A DNA stretch of 64,000 nt from an uncultured Gemmatimonadales bacterium (lineage in GTDB: Bacteria > Gemmatimonadota > Gemmatimonadetes > Gemmatimonadales > GWC2-71-9). The notes beneath the pieces were generated by a model, which had not been told where the DNA came from, made no database searches, and worked only from the letters and a program-made list of their open reading frames with translations. Position numbers and translations under genes: made by a program. Positions within the stretch are counted from its first letter, which is position 1, and every line of letters starts with the position of its first letter. Shown piece by piece: positions 29,850 to 40,126 of this stretch. The stretch lies in assembly GCA_963730185.1 (NCBI GenBank), contig CAVSQW010000005.1:64001-128000 (forward strand), read 5' to 3'.

Positions 29850-31525
29850 ATGGCGGACGTGACCCGCGACCTCATCCTCGTCGCGAGCGGCGACTCGCGA
29901 CTCTCCGCCAACCAGCGTCTGCTGGCCGGCTCAGGCCGGGCTCGAGGCGACGATCGGGCGGACGTTCGAGGCGCTGGGCCGGCGGGTGGTGCGAGGTCAT
30001 CCGGTCGACCCGACGCTCGGCCACGGCTTCATCGACGGTCAGGCCCGAGGGCATCGAGGTGTTCCGGAGGATCGACCCCGACGCGCCGCTGATCGTCGCC
30101 GAGGCCGTCTGGCAGTACACCAGCCACGTGCTGGCTGGCCTGACCCGGCACCGGGGGCCGATCCTGACGCTCGCCAACTGGAGCGGGCAGTGGCCCGGGC
30201 TGGTCGGGCTCCTCAATCTGAACGGGTCGCTCACCAAGGCCGGCGTTCCGTACAGCACCATCTGGAGCGAGGACTTCACCGACGACTTCGCCCGCGAAGT
30301 CCATCGCCGAGTGGCTGGCGACCGGCGCGATCGAGCACGACCTTCCCACGCCCGCCCGCTCGAGGACGACGAGCTTCGGCGGCGAGTTCGCCGCCGACGC
30401 CGGGCCGGCGACGCGCTCGGACGCGAGCTCGCAAGCGCGAGCAGGCCCTCCTCGGCGTGTTCGATGAGGGGTGCATGGGGATGTTCAACGCGATCATCCC
30501 CGATCACCTGCTGCACCCGCTCGGGCTGTTCAAGGAGCGGCTGAGCCAGAGCGCGCTCTACGCCGCGATGCTGGCGGTCCCGGACGCGACCGCGCGGCGC
30601 CCACTACGACTGGCTGCGCGCGCGGGGGATGCGTTTCGCGCTGGGCGCGGACGAGGCCACCGAACTGACCGAGGCGCAGGTGCTCGAAGGGCTCCGGATG
30701 TACGACGCGGCCGTCGCGGCTGGCGCACCAGCTTCGGGTGTGCGGCCATCGGGATCCAGTATCAGCAGGGGCTCAAGGACACCTGCGTCGCGTCCGACCT
30801 GGCCGAGGGGCTGCTCAACAACCCCGACCGGCCGCCGGTGCTCGGTGCCGACGACGGCGCCGGCTCTTCGACGGACGGGCGGTGCCGCACTTCAATGAGG
30901 TGGACGAGTGCGCCGGCGTCGACGCGCTCGATGACCAACCGGGTCTGGATCGCGACTCGGCATCGATCCGTCGACCACGCTGCACGACGTGCGGTGGGGC
31001 GCGCCGGTGGCGGAGCGAGGCGTGGACGAGTTCGTCTGGGTGTTCGAGATCTCCGGCGCCGCGCCGGCCTCGCACTTCATCGGCGGCTACGCCGGCGCCA
31101 CGGGTGAACGCCAGCCGCCGATGTACTTCCCGCGCGGCGGCTCGACCCTCAAGGGCGTGAGCCGTCCGGGCGAGATCGTCTGGAGCCGGATCTACGTGCC
31201 GGACGATGCGCTGCACATGGACATCGGGCGCGGGCGGCGTGGTCCGGCTCTCCGACGAGGAGACCGAGCGCCGCTGGCAGGCGACGACGCCGCAGTGGCC
31301 GATCATGCACGCCGTCCTCTACGGGGTGAGTCGCGACCAGTTGATGGCGGCCCACCAGGCCAACCACATCCAGGTCGCGTACGCGCCTGACGCCGCCGAG
31401 CGGCCCGCCGGGCGCTGGCGCGGAAGGCGGCCATGGCGCAGCGCGCTGCGGCCTCGAGGTGCGGCTCGCCGGCGACCTCGACGACACGCTGGACTCCCAC
31501 CAGACCGGCGCCGCTCCGTCAGTGA
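29850..31525 (+). CDS. L-fucose/D-arabinose isomerase-family protein, broken by many frameshifts in this sequence
   Basis: Stitched frames give [21 protein letters not shown]...[30 protein letters not shown]. These match the FucI metal/catalytic Glu, Asp and His contexts. At least 12 single-base indels by manual reading. Confidence 0.75.
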
Positions 31526-33050
31526 GCGGTCCCGAGCCGCTCGTCACGCGCGCAGGGCCTCGGGATGTCGTTTCCCGGGGTCCGCGCGCTGGCAGCCGTC
31601 GACTTCGACGTCCGGCCCGGTGAAGTGCACGCCCTGGTCGGGCGAGAACGGCGCCGGCAAGTCCACGCTCGGCCGGATGCTGGGCGGCGAGATGGTACCG
31701 GACGAGGGTCGCCTCATCATCGCCGGCACGCCCGCGCTCGCTCCGCTCGCCCCGCGAGGGCCTGGCCGCCGGCGTGGCGATGATCCCGCAGGAGTTCCAG
31801 CTGGTCGTCACCCTTTCGGTGGCCGAGAACATCATGCTCGGCCGCGAGCCCCGGCTCGGCTCCGGGCTGGTGAACCGAATGGCGTTGCGCAAGGCGGCCC
31901 GCGATGCCCTCGATGCGGTCGGGGCCGGCCACGTCTCGCCGACCGCGCTCGTCGACGAGCTCACCCCCGGCGACCGGCAGCTGGTGGCGATCGCCCGGGC
32001 CCTCGCGCTCCGGCGTCCGCTGCCTCATCATGGACGAGCCCACCGCGGCGCTCGGCCACGACGAGGAGGTCCGGCTGGAGCGGGTGATCCGCGACCTGGT
32101 CGCCGCCGGGACGGGAGTGGTCTACGTGTCGCACAAGCTGGACGAGGTGCTCCGCCTGGCCGACCGGGTTACCGTGTTGCGGGACGGCCATCGGGTCGTC
32201 ACCCGGCCGGCCGCCGGCCTGACCGCCGGCCGAGCTGGTGAGCTTGATGGTGGGCCGGGACATCCCGCCGAGCGACCTGCCGGCGGTTCCGGCGGAGGCG
32301 CGCGGAGGTCCTCCGGATCGAAGGGCTCTCGGTCGCCGGCGACGGCCACCCGACCGGCCAGCGCCTCCGTGACCTGTCGCTCTCGGTTCGGGCCGGCGAG
32401 GTCGTCGGGCTGGCGGGCCTGGTCGGCGCGGGCCGGACCGACCTGCTGCTGAGCCTCGTCGGCGCCCATCCCGGCGCCGTCACCGGGCGGATCTGGCTGG
32501 ACGGCAAGCCGCACCCTGCCCGCTCACCGGCGGAGTCGCGGGAAGCCGGGCTGGTCCTCCTGCCGGAGGAGCGGAAGACCCAGCGGCATCTTCCCCCAGC
32601 TGGGGGTCGACTGGAACGTCACCATGCCGGCGCTCGATCGGGTCAGCCGCCACGGCTGGGTCGATCGCGGGGCGGACCGCCAAGCCGCCGGCGAGCTGAT
32701 GCGCCGGGTCGGGGTGCGGGCAGCCCGCCCCGACGTTCCGATCGAGACCCTGAGCGGCGGCAATCAGCAGAAGGCGCTCCTGGCACGCTGCCTCTTCTCG
32801 TCGCCTCGGGTGCTGCTCCTCGACGAGCCGACCCGCGGAGTCGATCTCGCGGCCCGAGCCGAGATCTACCGTGAGCTCCACGCGCTGGCCGGGCAGGGAT
32901 TCGGGATTCTGCTGGCCTCGTCGGACTTGAGCGAGGTCCTGACCCAGTGTCACCGGATCGTGGTGATGCGCGACGGCCGGAAGGTGGCGGAGCTCGATCG
33001 AACCGACGCGACCGAGGAGAAAGTGCTGGCCGCCGCCGCGGGCGCCCGGC
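31522..33050 (+). CDS. Monosaccharide ABC transporter ATPase (RbsA-like), frameshifted; runs in frame into the permease
   Basis: [57 protein letters not shown]. Confidence 0.88.
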
Positions 33051-34097
33051 CGGACCAGGAGGCGACCGAGGAGGATCGGCGAACCGAGGGGCCGGCTCGG
33101 GCGAACGACGGTGGCGGCGCCGGTCCGCGAACGGGTCGAGCCCGAGCGCTGCTCGCCAAGTACCGAGGCGGGCTCGGCCTCGCGGCCGTCCTGCTGCTGG
33201 CCATCGTCTTCTCGCCGACCCGCGGCGGGCGCCCGGTATTCCTGGATCTCGGGAACCTCACCGACATCGTCCGGCAGGTGGCGGAAAAGGGCATTCTGGC
33301 GGTCGGGATGACGGCCGTGGTGATCGCGGGCGGGATCGACCTCTCGGTCGGATCGATCCTCGCCTTCGGCGCCACGCTTTCCGCCGCGCTCTTCATGCGG
33401 GCGCAGGTCGGACTGGGTCTGGCCACGCTGCTGGTGCTCCTGGCCGGGGCGGCCTGGGGCCTCCTCAACGGCATGGTGGTGGCCCGCTGGCGGCTCCCCG
33501 CCTTCATCGCCACCCTGGCGACGATGAGCGCGGCCCGAGGAGCGGCCCGGTTTCTGAGCGGTGGCACCGCGATTCCGCTGGGCTTCGGCGCCGGGGGCGC
33601 GCCGGAATCGGTCCGGACACTGGCGGGGCCGCTCCTCCCGTACCTGCCGGCGCCGGCCGCTGATCTTCGTGCTCACCGTCGTCGCGATGCACCTCTACCT
33701 TGCCCGGACCCGGGGCGGCCGCTACCTCTATGCGATCGGCGCCAACGAGACGGCGGCGCGGCTGTCCGGCGTCCGGGTCCTGTTCCACAAGGGCAGCGTG
33801 TACGTGATCTCGGGGGCCCTCGCGGCCCTGGCCGGCCTGGTGCATTGCGCGCAGCTCCAGCAGGGCAACCCGAACGACGGCGTGGCCTACGAGCTCGACG
33901 CCATCGCGGCGGTGGTCATCGGCGGCACGGCGCTCACCGGCGGAAGCGGGAGCGTGATCGGAACGCTGGTCGGGATCCTGACCATCGGGGTCATCAACAA
34001 CAGTCTCGGTCTCAACAATGTCGACGCGAACCTGCAGCTCATTCTCAAGGGCGTCATCATCCTCCTGGCGGTCTGGCTCCAGCGGCGGCGCCGTTAG
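33051..34097 (+). CDS. Monosaccharide ABC transporter permease (RbsC-like), one frameshift near 33660
   Basis: GGIDLSVGS, PAFIATLA, GRYLYAIGANE.AARLSGV, YELDAIAAVVIGGT.L.GG.G. Confidence 0.9.
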
Positions 34098-34982
34098 GCG
34101 GCTCGCCCTCCTGCTCCTGCTGACGGTCGCGGCGTGCGGCCGGGAACGCCACGGCAAGTACTTGATCGGATTCTCCCAGGCCAACCTGGGCGAGCCCTGG
34201 CGGGTGGCGATGAACGCCGAGGTGGCCGAAGCGGCCAAGGGGCATCCCGACCTGGAGATCGTCTACGCCGACGCCCAGCAGGACAACGCCAAGCAGGTGG
34301 CCGACGTCGAGAACTTCCTCCGCCAGAAGATCGACCTCCTGATCATCTCCCCCAACGAAGCCAAGCCGCTCACACCGGTGGTGCGCCGAGCGTTCGAGGC
34401 CAAGATCCCGGTGATCGTCCTCGATCGGGAGATCGAGGGCGATACCTACACCACCTTCATCGGGGCGGACAATCGAGCCATCGGCCGAGCCGCCGGGCGA
34501 ATACGCGGCGACCGCTGCTGGGCGGCAAGGGCAACATCGTCGAGATCAAGGGGCTGCCGGGTTCGACGCCGGCCCGCGACCGGAGCGACGGCTTTCGAGA
34601 GGCGATCGCCCGGTATCCGGACATCCACATCATCCACGACCCGGTCGCCAACTGGCTCCGGGAAGAGGCGATGACCCAGATGGAGGCGGCCCTGGCCGCG
34701 CATGCCGACATCGACCTGGTCTACGCCCACAACGACCCGATGGCGATCGGCGCCTACCTCGCGGCCAAGGCGAAGGGGCGGGACAGCACGATCAAGTTCA
34801 TCGGGATCGACGGCCTGCCCGGGCTCGACGGCGGCCGGCAGGCGGTGGCCGACGGCAAGCTCGCGGCCACCTTCGTGTATCCGACCGGCGGCAAGGAAGC
34901 GGTAGAGATCGCCGTCAAGATTCTCCAGGGCGATTCGGTCCCGCACCGGATCACCCTCGAATCCGAGCGGATCGTCCGTTAG
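34093..34982 (+). CDS. Monosaccharide ABC substrate-binding lipoprotein (RbsB-like), frameshifted near 34500; no canonical start visible
   Basis: Lipobox VAAC, IGFSQAN...EPWR, IDLLIISPNE, FIGADN, YAHNDPMA, GIDG, ATFVYPT. Confidence 0.88.
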
Positions 34983-34991
34983 GCGGCGTCG

Positions 34992-36584
34992 ATGACGATC
35001 GTCGCCGGCGTCGACTTCGGGACCGAGAGCGTCCGGGTCGCCCTGGTCGATCACGTCCACGGGGTGCTCGCCACCGGCACGGCCGGTTACCCGGTCCTCC
35101 GGCACGAGGGCGATCCCGACTTCGCGACCCAGTCGCACCAGAGTCATCTCGACGCGCTGGTCGAAGCCACCCGGCAGGCGCTCCACGCGGCCGGGGTCGA
35201 CGGCCGCCAGGTCGCCGCGCTCGCGATCGACACGACCGGTTCGACCGTGATCGTGGTGGGCGAACGCCTCCAACCGCTCGACGACTACTACCTCTGGTGC
35301 GATCACCGGGCCAAGGACGAGGCGGCCCGGATCACCGAGGTGGCCCACCAGGAGGGGCTGCCGGCCATCGCGCTCTCCGGCGGCGTGTACTCGTCGGAGT
35401 GGGGATTCTCCAAGCTGCTCCATTGGCTCCGCCGGCACCCCGGCCGGCGTGACGAGATCGTGGCCGCGCTCGAGCACTGCGACCTGATCGCCGCGGTGCT
35501 CTGTGGCATCGAAGACCTCGACCAGCTGCCGAGGAGCGTCTGTGCCATGGGGCACAAGTGGCTCTGGAGCGGCGAGCATGGGGGCGTCCCGTCCGACGAC
35601 TTCCTGACCAAGGTCGATCCGCTGCTGGCTGGGGCCAGTCGCTGGCTCCGGGGCCGCTATGCCACCTCCGACCAGATCGCGGGCCCGCTGTCGGCGCCGT
35701 GGGCCGAGCGGCTGGGACTGCGCCCGGGGATCCCGATTCCAGTGGGCGCGCTCGACGCCCACTGGGACGCGATCGGGGCGGGCATCGCCGAGGGCGACGT
35801 GGTGAGCGTGATCGGGAGCTCCACCTGCATGATGGCGATCTCCCGGTCCACCGAAACCGTCCCGGGCGTCTGTGGGGTGGTCCCGGGCTCGATCCATCCC
35901 GCGTATCGCGGGATCGAAGCCGGGTTATCGGCCGTGGGGCAGCTCTTCGACGCCATCGCCCACCGGGCGGGCCAGCCGATCGACGCGCTGTCGGAGGGGC
36001 TCGACGGCTATCGAGGCGGGCAAACCGGTCTCCTCCGGCTGGTCTGGGACAACGGCGATCGGACCGTGCTGGTGAACCCCCGGCTCGGCGGCGTGACGTT
36101 CGGCTGGCATCTGGGACACACCGCGCGCGACGAGCTGTTCGCGGCGATCGAGGGCACGGCGTTCCAGACCCGGATCATCCTCGACCGAATGCAGGAATAC
36201 GGAGTGCCCGTCCGGCGCCTGATCCACGGAGGCGGCATCCCCCAGCGGAGCGAGACCCTGAACCGGGTCTACGCCAATGTCATGGGGATACCGGTTCTGG
36301 TTCCCGAGAGCCCTCCGACGAGCCTCGGCGCCGCGATCTTCGCGCTGGTCGCGGCGGGCGCCTACCCGACCGTCGACGCCGCCCAGCAGGCGCTCTGCCC
36401 ACCGTTTCGAATCGTCGAGCCGGACGAGGTGGAGCATCGGCGCTACGATCGCCTCTTCGAGCTGTATCGCGCTCTCTACTTCGGGCTCGGCGCCCCGGAT
36501 GCCGGGCCGGTGGCGATCGGTGGGATTCTCCCTTCCCTGATGGAGATCGCCCGGGAAGACCCGGGGCAAGCGCGGCCGACATGA
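34992..36584 (+). CDS. araB: Ribulokinase (FGGY family, AraB-like)
   Basis: GVDFGTESVR, DTTGST, LWCDH, YSSEW, CAMGHK, DAH, GSSTC, EAGLSAVG, WDNGDRT; intact frame. Confidence 0.85.
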   Translation: MTIVAGVDFGTESVRVALVDHVHGVLATGTAGYPVLRHEGDPDFATQSHQSHLDALVEATRQALHAAGVDGRQVAALAIDTTGSTVIVVGERLQPLDDYYLWCDHRAKDEAARITEVAHQEGLPAIALSGGVYSSEWGFSKLLHWLRRHPGRRDEIVAALEHCDLIAAVLCGIEDLDQLPRSVCAMGHKWLWSGEHGGVPSDDFLTKVDPLLAGASRWLRGRYATSDQIAGPLSAPWAERLGLRPGIPIPVGALDAHWDAIGAGIAEGDVVSVIGSSTCMMAISRSTETVPGVCGVVPGSIHPAYRGIEAGLSAVGQLFDAIAHRAGQPIDALSEGLDGYRGGQTGLLRLVWDNGDRTVLVNPRLGGVTFGWHLGHTARDELFAAIEGTAFQTRIILDRMQEYGVPVRRLIHGGGIPQRSETLNRVYANVMGIPVLVPESPPTSLGAAIFALVAAGAYPTVDAAQQALCPPFRIVEPDEVEHRRYDRLFELYRALYFGLGAPDAGPVAIGGILPSLMEIAREDPGQARPT

Positions 36585-37274
36585 ATCCCACACCAGAGGC
36601 ATTCGCGGCCGCATTGGGCGACCGATCCCGGTCACCACCGATCGAGCCGACGACTACAGCGCAGCGTGGTCGCCGGATGGGAGCCGGATCGCGTTCCACT
36701 CGTTCCGGACCGGCAATCGCGACATCTTCACCATCGATCCGGATGGGCGCAACCTGGCGCAATGGACCTCGAGCCCGGTCCAAGAGCTGGATGCAGCCTG
36801 GTCGCCGGACGGCCAGGCACTGGTGTACGAGGTCCTCGACCGGGTCGCGGAGTCGTTCTCGATCCTCCCCCTCACGCCCGGGGCCGCCGAGCGACCTCTG
36901 AAGGCCACGGGTGACTTCGTGCAATGGGCGCCGCGGGGCGACCTGATTGCCTCCATGGCCTGGACGGAATTCGGCTGATCGCCCCGACCGGCGGGCCGTC
37001 CCGGCTCCTCGTCCCCAGCCGAGCCGACTCGGAGCCGTTCTACGTTGCCTGGTCTCAGGATGGCCGGACGCTCTACTACCTCGAGCAGTCGCCGTCGGGC
37101 TGGGTGATCAAGGCCATCTCGCCGGACGGCGGGCCTTCCCGTCTGCTGGTCCGGTTCGATGACCCGTCACGACAGCACAGCCGGTACGGCTTTGCCACGG
37201 ACGACCACCACTTCTGGTTCACGCTGGGCACTCAGGAAAGCGACGTCTGGGTCCTGGAGCTGAATGAACGATGA
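36581..37274 (+). pseudogene. Remnant of a probable Ser/Thr kinase-TolB(PD40) protein with a large internal deletion
   Basis: MNPTPEAFAAALGDR joins out of frame to PD40 repeats (AWSPDGSRIAF, AWSPDGQ, WSQDGRTLYY) ending ESDVWVLEL; second frameshift near 36951. Confidence 0.6.
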
Positions 37275-37394
37275 CCGTGCCAGCCGACCCGACCGCCACT
37301 CGATTTGCCGCCTTCGACGGCGCACCATAGCTTTCCCGCCGCGGGCTCTCCGCCCGACGAAGTGGTCACCATGACTTCCATCCAGGACCCTACC

Positions 37395-37907
37395 ATGAAC
37401 AAACAAGACCTTACCCAGGCCTGGGACCAGGTCCGTCAGAAATACGGCGTCTATCTCCGGATCCTCGACGCGATCCCGGAGGATCGCTACCACACCCACC
37501 CGATTTCGGGCATGCGCACCCCGGCGGAGCTCGTCTCCCACGTCTCCGGCACGGTCATCCGCGACATCGCCCTCGGCGTCGCCAAAGGCGAGATCACGGC
37601 CGAGGAGGGCAGGGAGGCCACGGTCGCGACCGGATTCAAGACCAGGAAGGACATGCTCGACTTCGCCCGCCAGTGCTGGACCGAGGCGGATCGGGCCGTG
37701 CAGCGGATCGGCGACGCGGAGCTCAATGCGATGGTGCCGACGCCCTGGCACATGACCTTTCCCGGCTGGGTCGGTTTCGGCATCCAGAACGACGAGTTTC
37801 TCCATCACCGCGGCCAGCTCTCGGCCTTCGTCCGAGTCTGCGGCGGCGTGCCACCCTTCATCTGGGGGTTCGGCGACAATGAGGTCGGCTTCCGTCCCCA
37901 AGCCTGA
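37395..37907 (+). CDS. DinB-family protein
   Basis: MRTPAELVSH, DEFLHHRGQL. Confidence 0.85.
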   Translation: MNKQDLTQAWDQVRQKYGVYLRILDAIPEDRYHTHPISGMRTPAELVSHVSGTVIRDIALGVAKGEITAEEGREATVATGFKTRKDMLDFARQCWTEADRAVQRIGDAELNAMVPTPWHMTFPGWVGFGIQNDEFLHHRGQLSAFVRVCGGVPPFIWGFGDNEVGFRPQA

Positions 37908-37922
37908 TCGGTCGGCGACGAC

Positions 37923-38384
37923 GTGCCTCGCCGCTCCTTGGTGTACCCCGCCGACGCCGACGCCATCGTCGCCCGGCTCGAGCAGTTCACGCCCGAAGCG
38001 ACCCGGCGGTGGGGCACCATGACGGCGAGTGAGGCGCTTTGCCACCTGAGCGACGCCTTCCGACCGGCGCTGGGAGAGCTGGACCCTCCCGAGTTCCGGG
38101 TGTTCGGGCTCCGGGGCGCGGTGCCCAAATGGTTCGCCCTCTCGGCCCCGCTTCCCTGGCCGCATGGGATCCGGGGGCCGGCCCAGGTCGACCCCCGGAA
38201 GCTGGGCGCCAAGCCCGGGAGCTTCGACTCCGATCGGGCTCGGACCGTCGCCATGACTCGTCGATTGATCGCCGAGGCAAGCGACGACCGCGCTCACCCG
38301 ATGTTCGGACCGATGACCCGCGGCGACTGGCTGCGATGGGGTTGGCTCCACCTGGATCACCATCTCAGGCAGTTCGGGCTGTGA
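37923..38384 (+). CDS. DUF1569 / DinB-superfamily protein
   Basis: RWGTMT..EALCHL, HPMFGPMT..DW, HLDHHLRQFGL. Confidence 0.88.
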   Translation: MPRRSLVYPADADAIVARLEQFTPEATRRWGTMTASEALCHLSDAFRPALGELDPPEFRVFGLRGAVPKWFALSAPLPWPHGIRGPAQVDPRKLGAKPGSFDSDRARTVAMTRRLIAEASDDRAHPMFGPMTRGDWLRWGWLHLDHHLRQFGL

Positions 38385-38454
38385 CCCGAGCGCGCCCGGG
38401 CCAGGCCGCGGCGATCCCGGCCCGGCTCGGGAAGGGCTGAGGCTCGAGGTCGCC

Positions 38455-38856
38455 CTGCCCGCCGGATACTCGGGAACGCCGCTGGGCCAGAAGCTCGGCT
38501 ATCGGTCCGGCCAGGTCGTCTATCTGGAGGGCGCGCCGCCGGCCTACGCCGCCCTGGTGGCTCCGCTGCCGGACGGCGTCCGTTTCGTAACCCGTCTGGC
38601 AGGCGCCATCGATCTAATCCATCTCTTCACCGACCGCCGCGCCACCCTCACCGAGCGGCTTCCGCGCTACCAGAAACGGCTCGCCCCCGGTGGCATGATC
38701 TGGGTGTCCTGGCCCAAGAAGGCATCCCAAGTGCCGACCGACATCACCGAGGACGTCGTGCGCGCCGTCTGTCTGCCCCTCGGCCTGGTGGACGTCAAGG
38801 TGTGTGCAGTAGACGAGACCTGGTCCGGGCTCAAGCTGATGGTCCGCCGCCGCTGA
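38455..38856 (+). CDS. DUF3052-family protein (apparent CTG start)
   Basis: AGYSGTPL..KLG, IWVSWPKKAS, DITED, GLVDVKVCAVDETWSGLK. Confidence 0.85.
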   Translation: MPAGYSGTPLGQKLGYRSGQVVYLEGAPPAYAALVAPLPDGVRFVTRLAGAIDLIHLFTDRRATLTERLPRYQKRLAPGGMIWVSWPKKASQVPTDITEDVVRAVCLPLGLVDVKVCAVDETWSGLKLMVRRR

Positions 38857-38951
38857 TCGCACCGGTCACAGACCGGGTCGCGAGGCCCGATTGTCAGGCT
38901 CGCCGGACGGAGCGATGTTTCCCCCTCGCCCTCACATCGAGCGTGGCCCCC

Positions 38952-40061
38952 ATGTCGACCGACCGTCGCACGTTCCTCCGCCTGGCCGCCGCCACCGGCG
39001 CCCTCGCCCTGACGCCCCGGGGCCTCCTTTCGGGGCTGACGCCCCGACGGTCGGGCCTCCGGATCCTGATCCTGGGCGGCACCGGGTTCATCGGACCCTA
39101 TCAGGTGCAGTACGCCCTCGACCGGGGGCATAAGGTCACCCTCTTCAACCGGGGCCAGACCAACCCGGGCCTCTTTCCGACGGTCGAGAAGCTGATCGGC
39201 GATCGGAGCAGCGACCTCAGCGCGCTCGAGGGCCGCACCTGGGACGTCGTGATCGACAACGCCCGGTCCAATCCCGATTGGGTCGAGCGCTCAGCCAAGC
39301 TGTTGGCCAAGCAGGCCGATCGCTATGTGTTCGTGTCGACCCGGTCGGTCTACAAGGACACCAGTCGCGTCCCGATGACCATCGACGCCGAGCTGTTCAC
39401 GCCGGAGAACACCCCGATCAAGCCCGGGCAACCCCTGCCCTACGGCCTGGCCAAGGTCATGTCGGAGCGGGAGGCCGAGCGGTTCTTCCCCGGGCGCACC
39501 TTGGTCGTCCGGCCGTCGCTCATCGTCGGCCCCGGCGACCTGACCGACCGGTTCACCTACTGGCCGGTCCGGCTCCAGCGGGGCGGTGAGGTCCTCGCGC
39601 CCGGCGACGGGACCGACTCGGTCCAGATCATCGACGTGCGCGACCTCTGCGAATGGACCATCCGGCTCTGCGAAAAGAAGGTGGCCGGCATCTTCAACGC
39701 GCTTGGTCCCGCGGAGCCCTACTCGTTCGCGAGCTTCCTCGACCAGATCAAGGCGGCCACCGGCTCGAACGCCACGCTCACCTGGGTCGACACCGACTTC
39801 CTGACCGCGCACGATGTCCGAGGCTACCGGGAGATGCCCGTCTGGATGCCGGCCAAGGGCGGCCACGAGGGCTTCGGGCGATTCGACATCTCCCGCGAGG
39901 TGGCCCTCGGTCTCACCTTCCGGTCGTTGGCGGTGACGACCAAGGACACGCTGGAGTACTACCACTCGCAACCGGCGGAGCGGCAGGAGACCCTCAAGGC
40001 CGGGATCTCACCCGAGCGCGAGGCCGAGGTGCTGGCGGCCTGGCACGCGAGGCGGGGCTGA
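38952..40061 (+). CDS. Tat-exported NAD-dependent epimerase/dehydratase (isoflavone reductase-like)
   Basis: DRRTFL twin-arginine signal, LGGTGFIG, YGLAK, RFTYW, IDVRDL. Confidence 0.9.
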   Translation: MSTDRRTFLRLAAATGALALTPRGLLSGLTPRRSGLRILILGGTGFIGPYQVQYALDRGHKVTLFNRGQTNPGLFPTVEKLIGDRSSDLSALEGRTWDVVIDNARSNPDWVERSAKLLAKQADRYVFVSTRSVYKDTSRVPMTIDAELFTPENTPIKPGQPLPYGLAKVMSEREAERFFPGRTLVVRPSLIVGPGDLTDRFTYWPVRLQRGGEVLAPGDGTDSVQIIDVRDLCEWTIRLCEKKVAGIFNALGPAEPYSFASFLDQIKAATGSNATLTWVDTDFLTAHDVRGYREMPVWMPAKGGHEGFGRFDISREVALGLTFRSLAVTTKDTLEYYHSQPAERQETLKAGISPEREAEVLAAWHARRG

Positions 40062-40126
40062 GCCGGAAACCTCGCGTCGCCTGGTCGCGTCGGGCTCCCT
40101 ATCGTCCTTCGAAGTCGGAACCCGCA

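Noticed and set aside
29850..36584. Standard L-arabinose (araBAD) or L-fucose (fucIKA) operon
   Set aside because: The isomerase is FucI-like rather than AraA-like, the kinase is ribulokinase-like, and no epimerase or aldolase is present in the locus.
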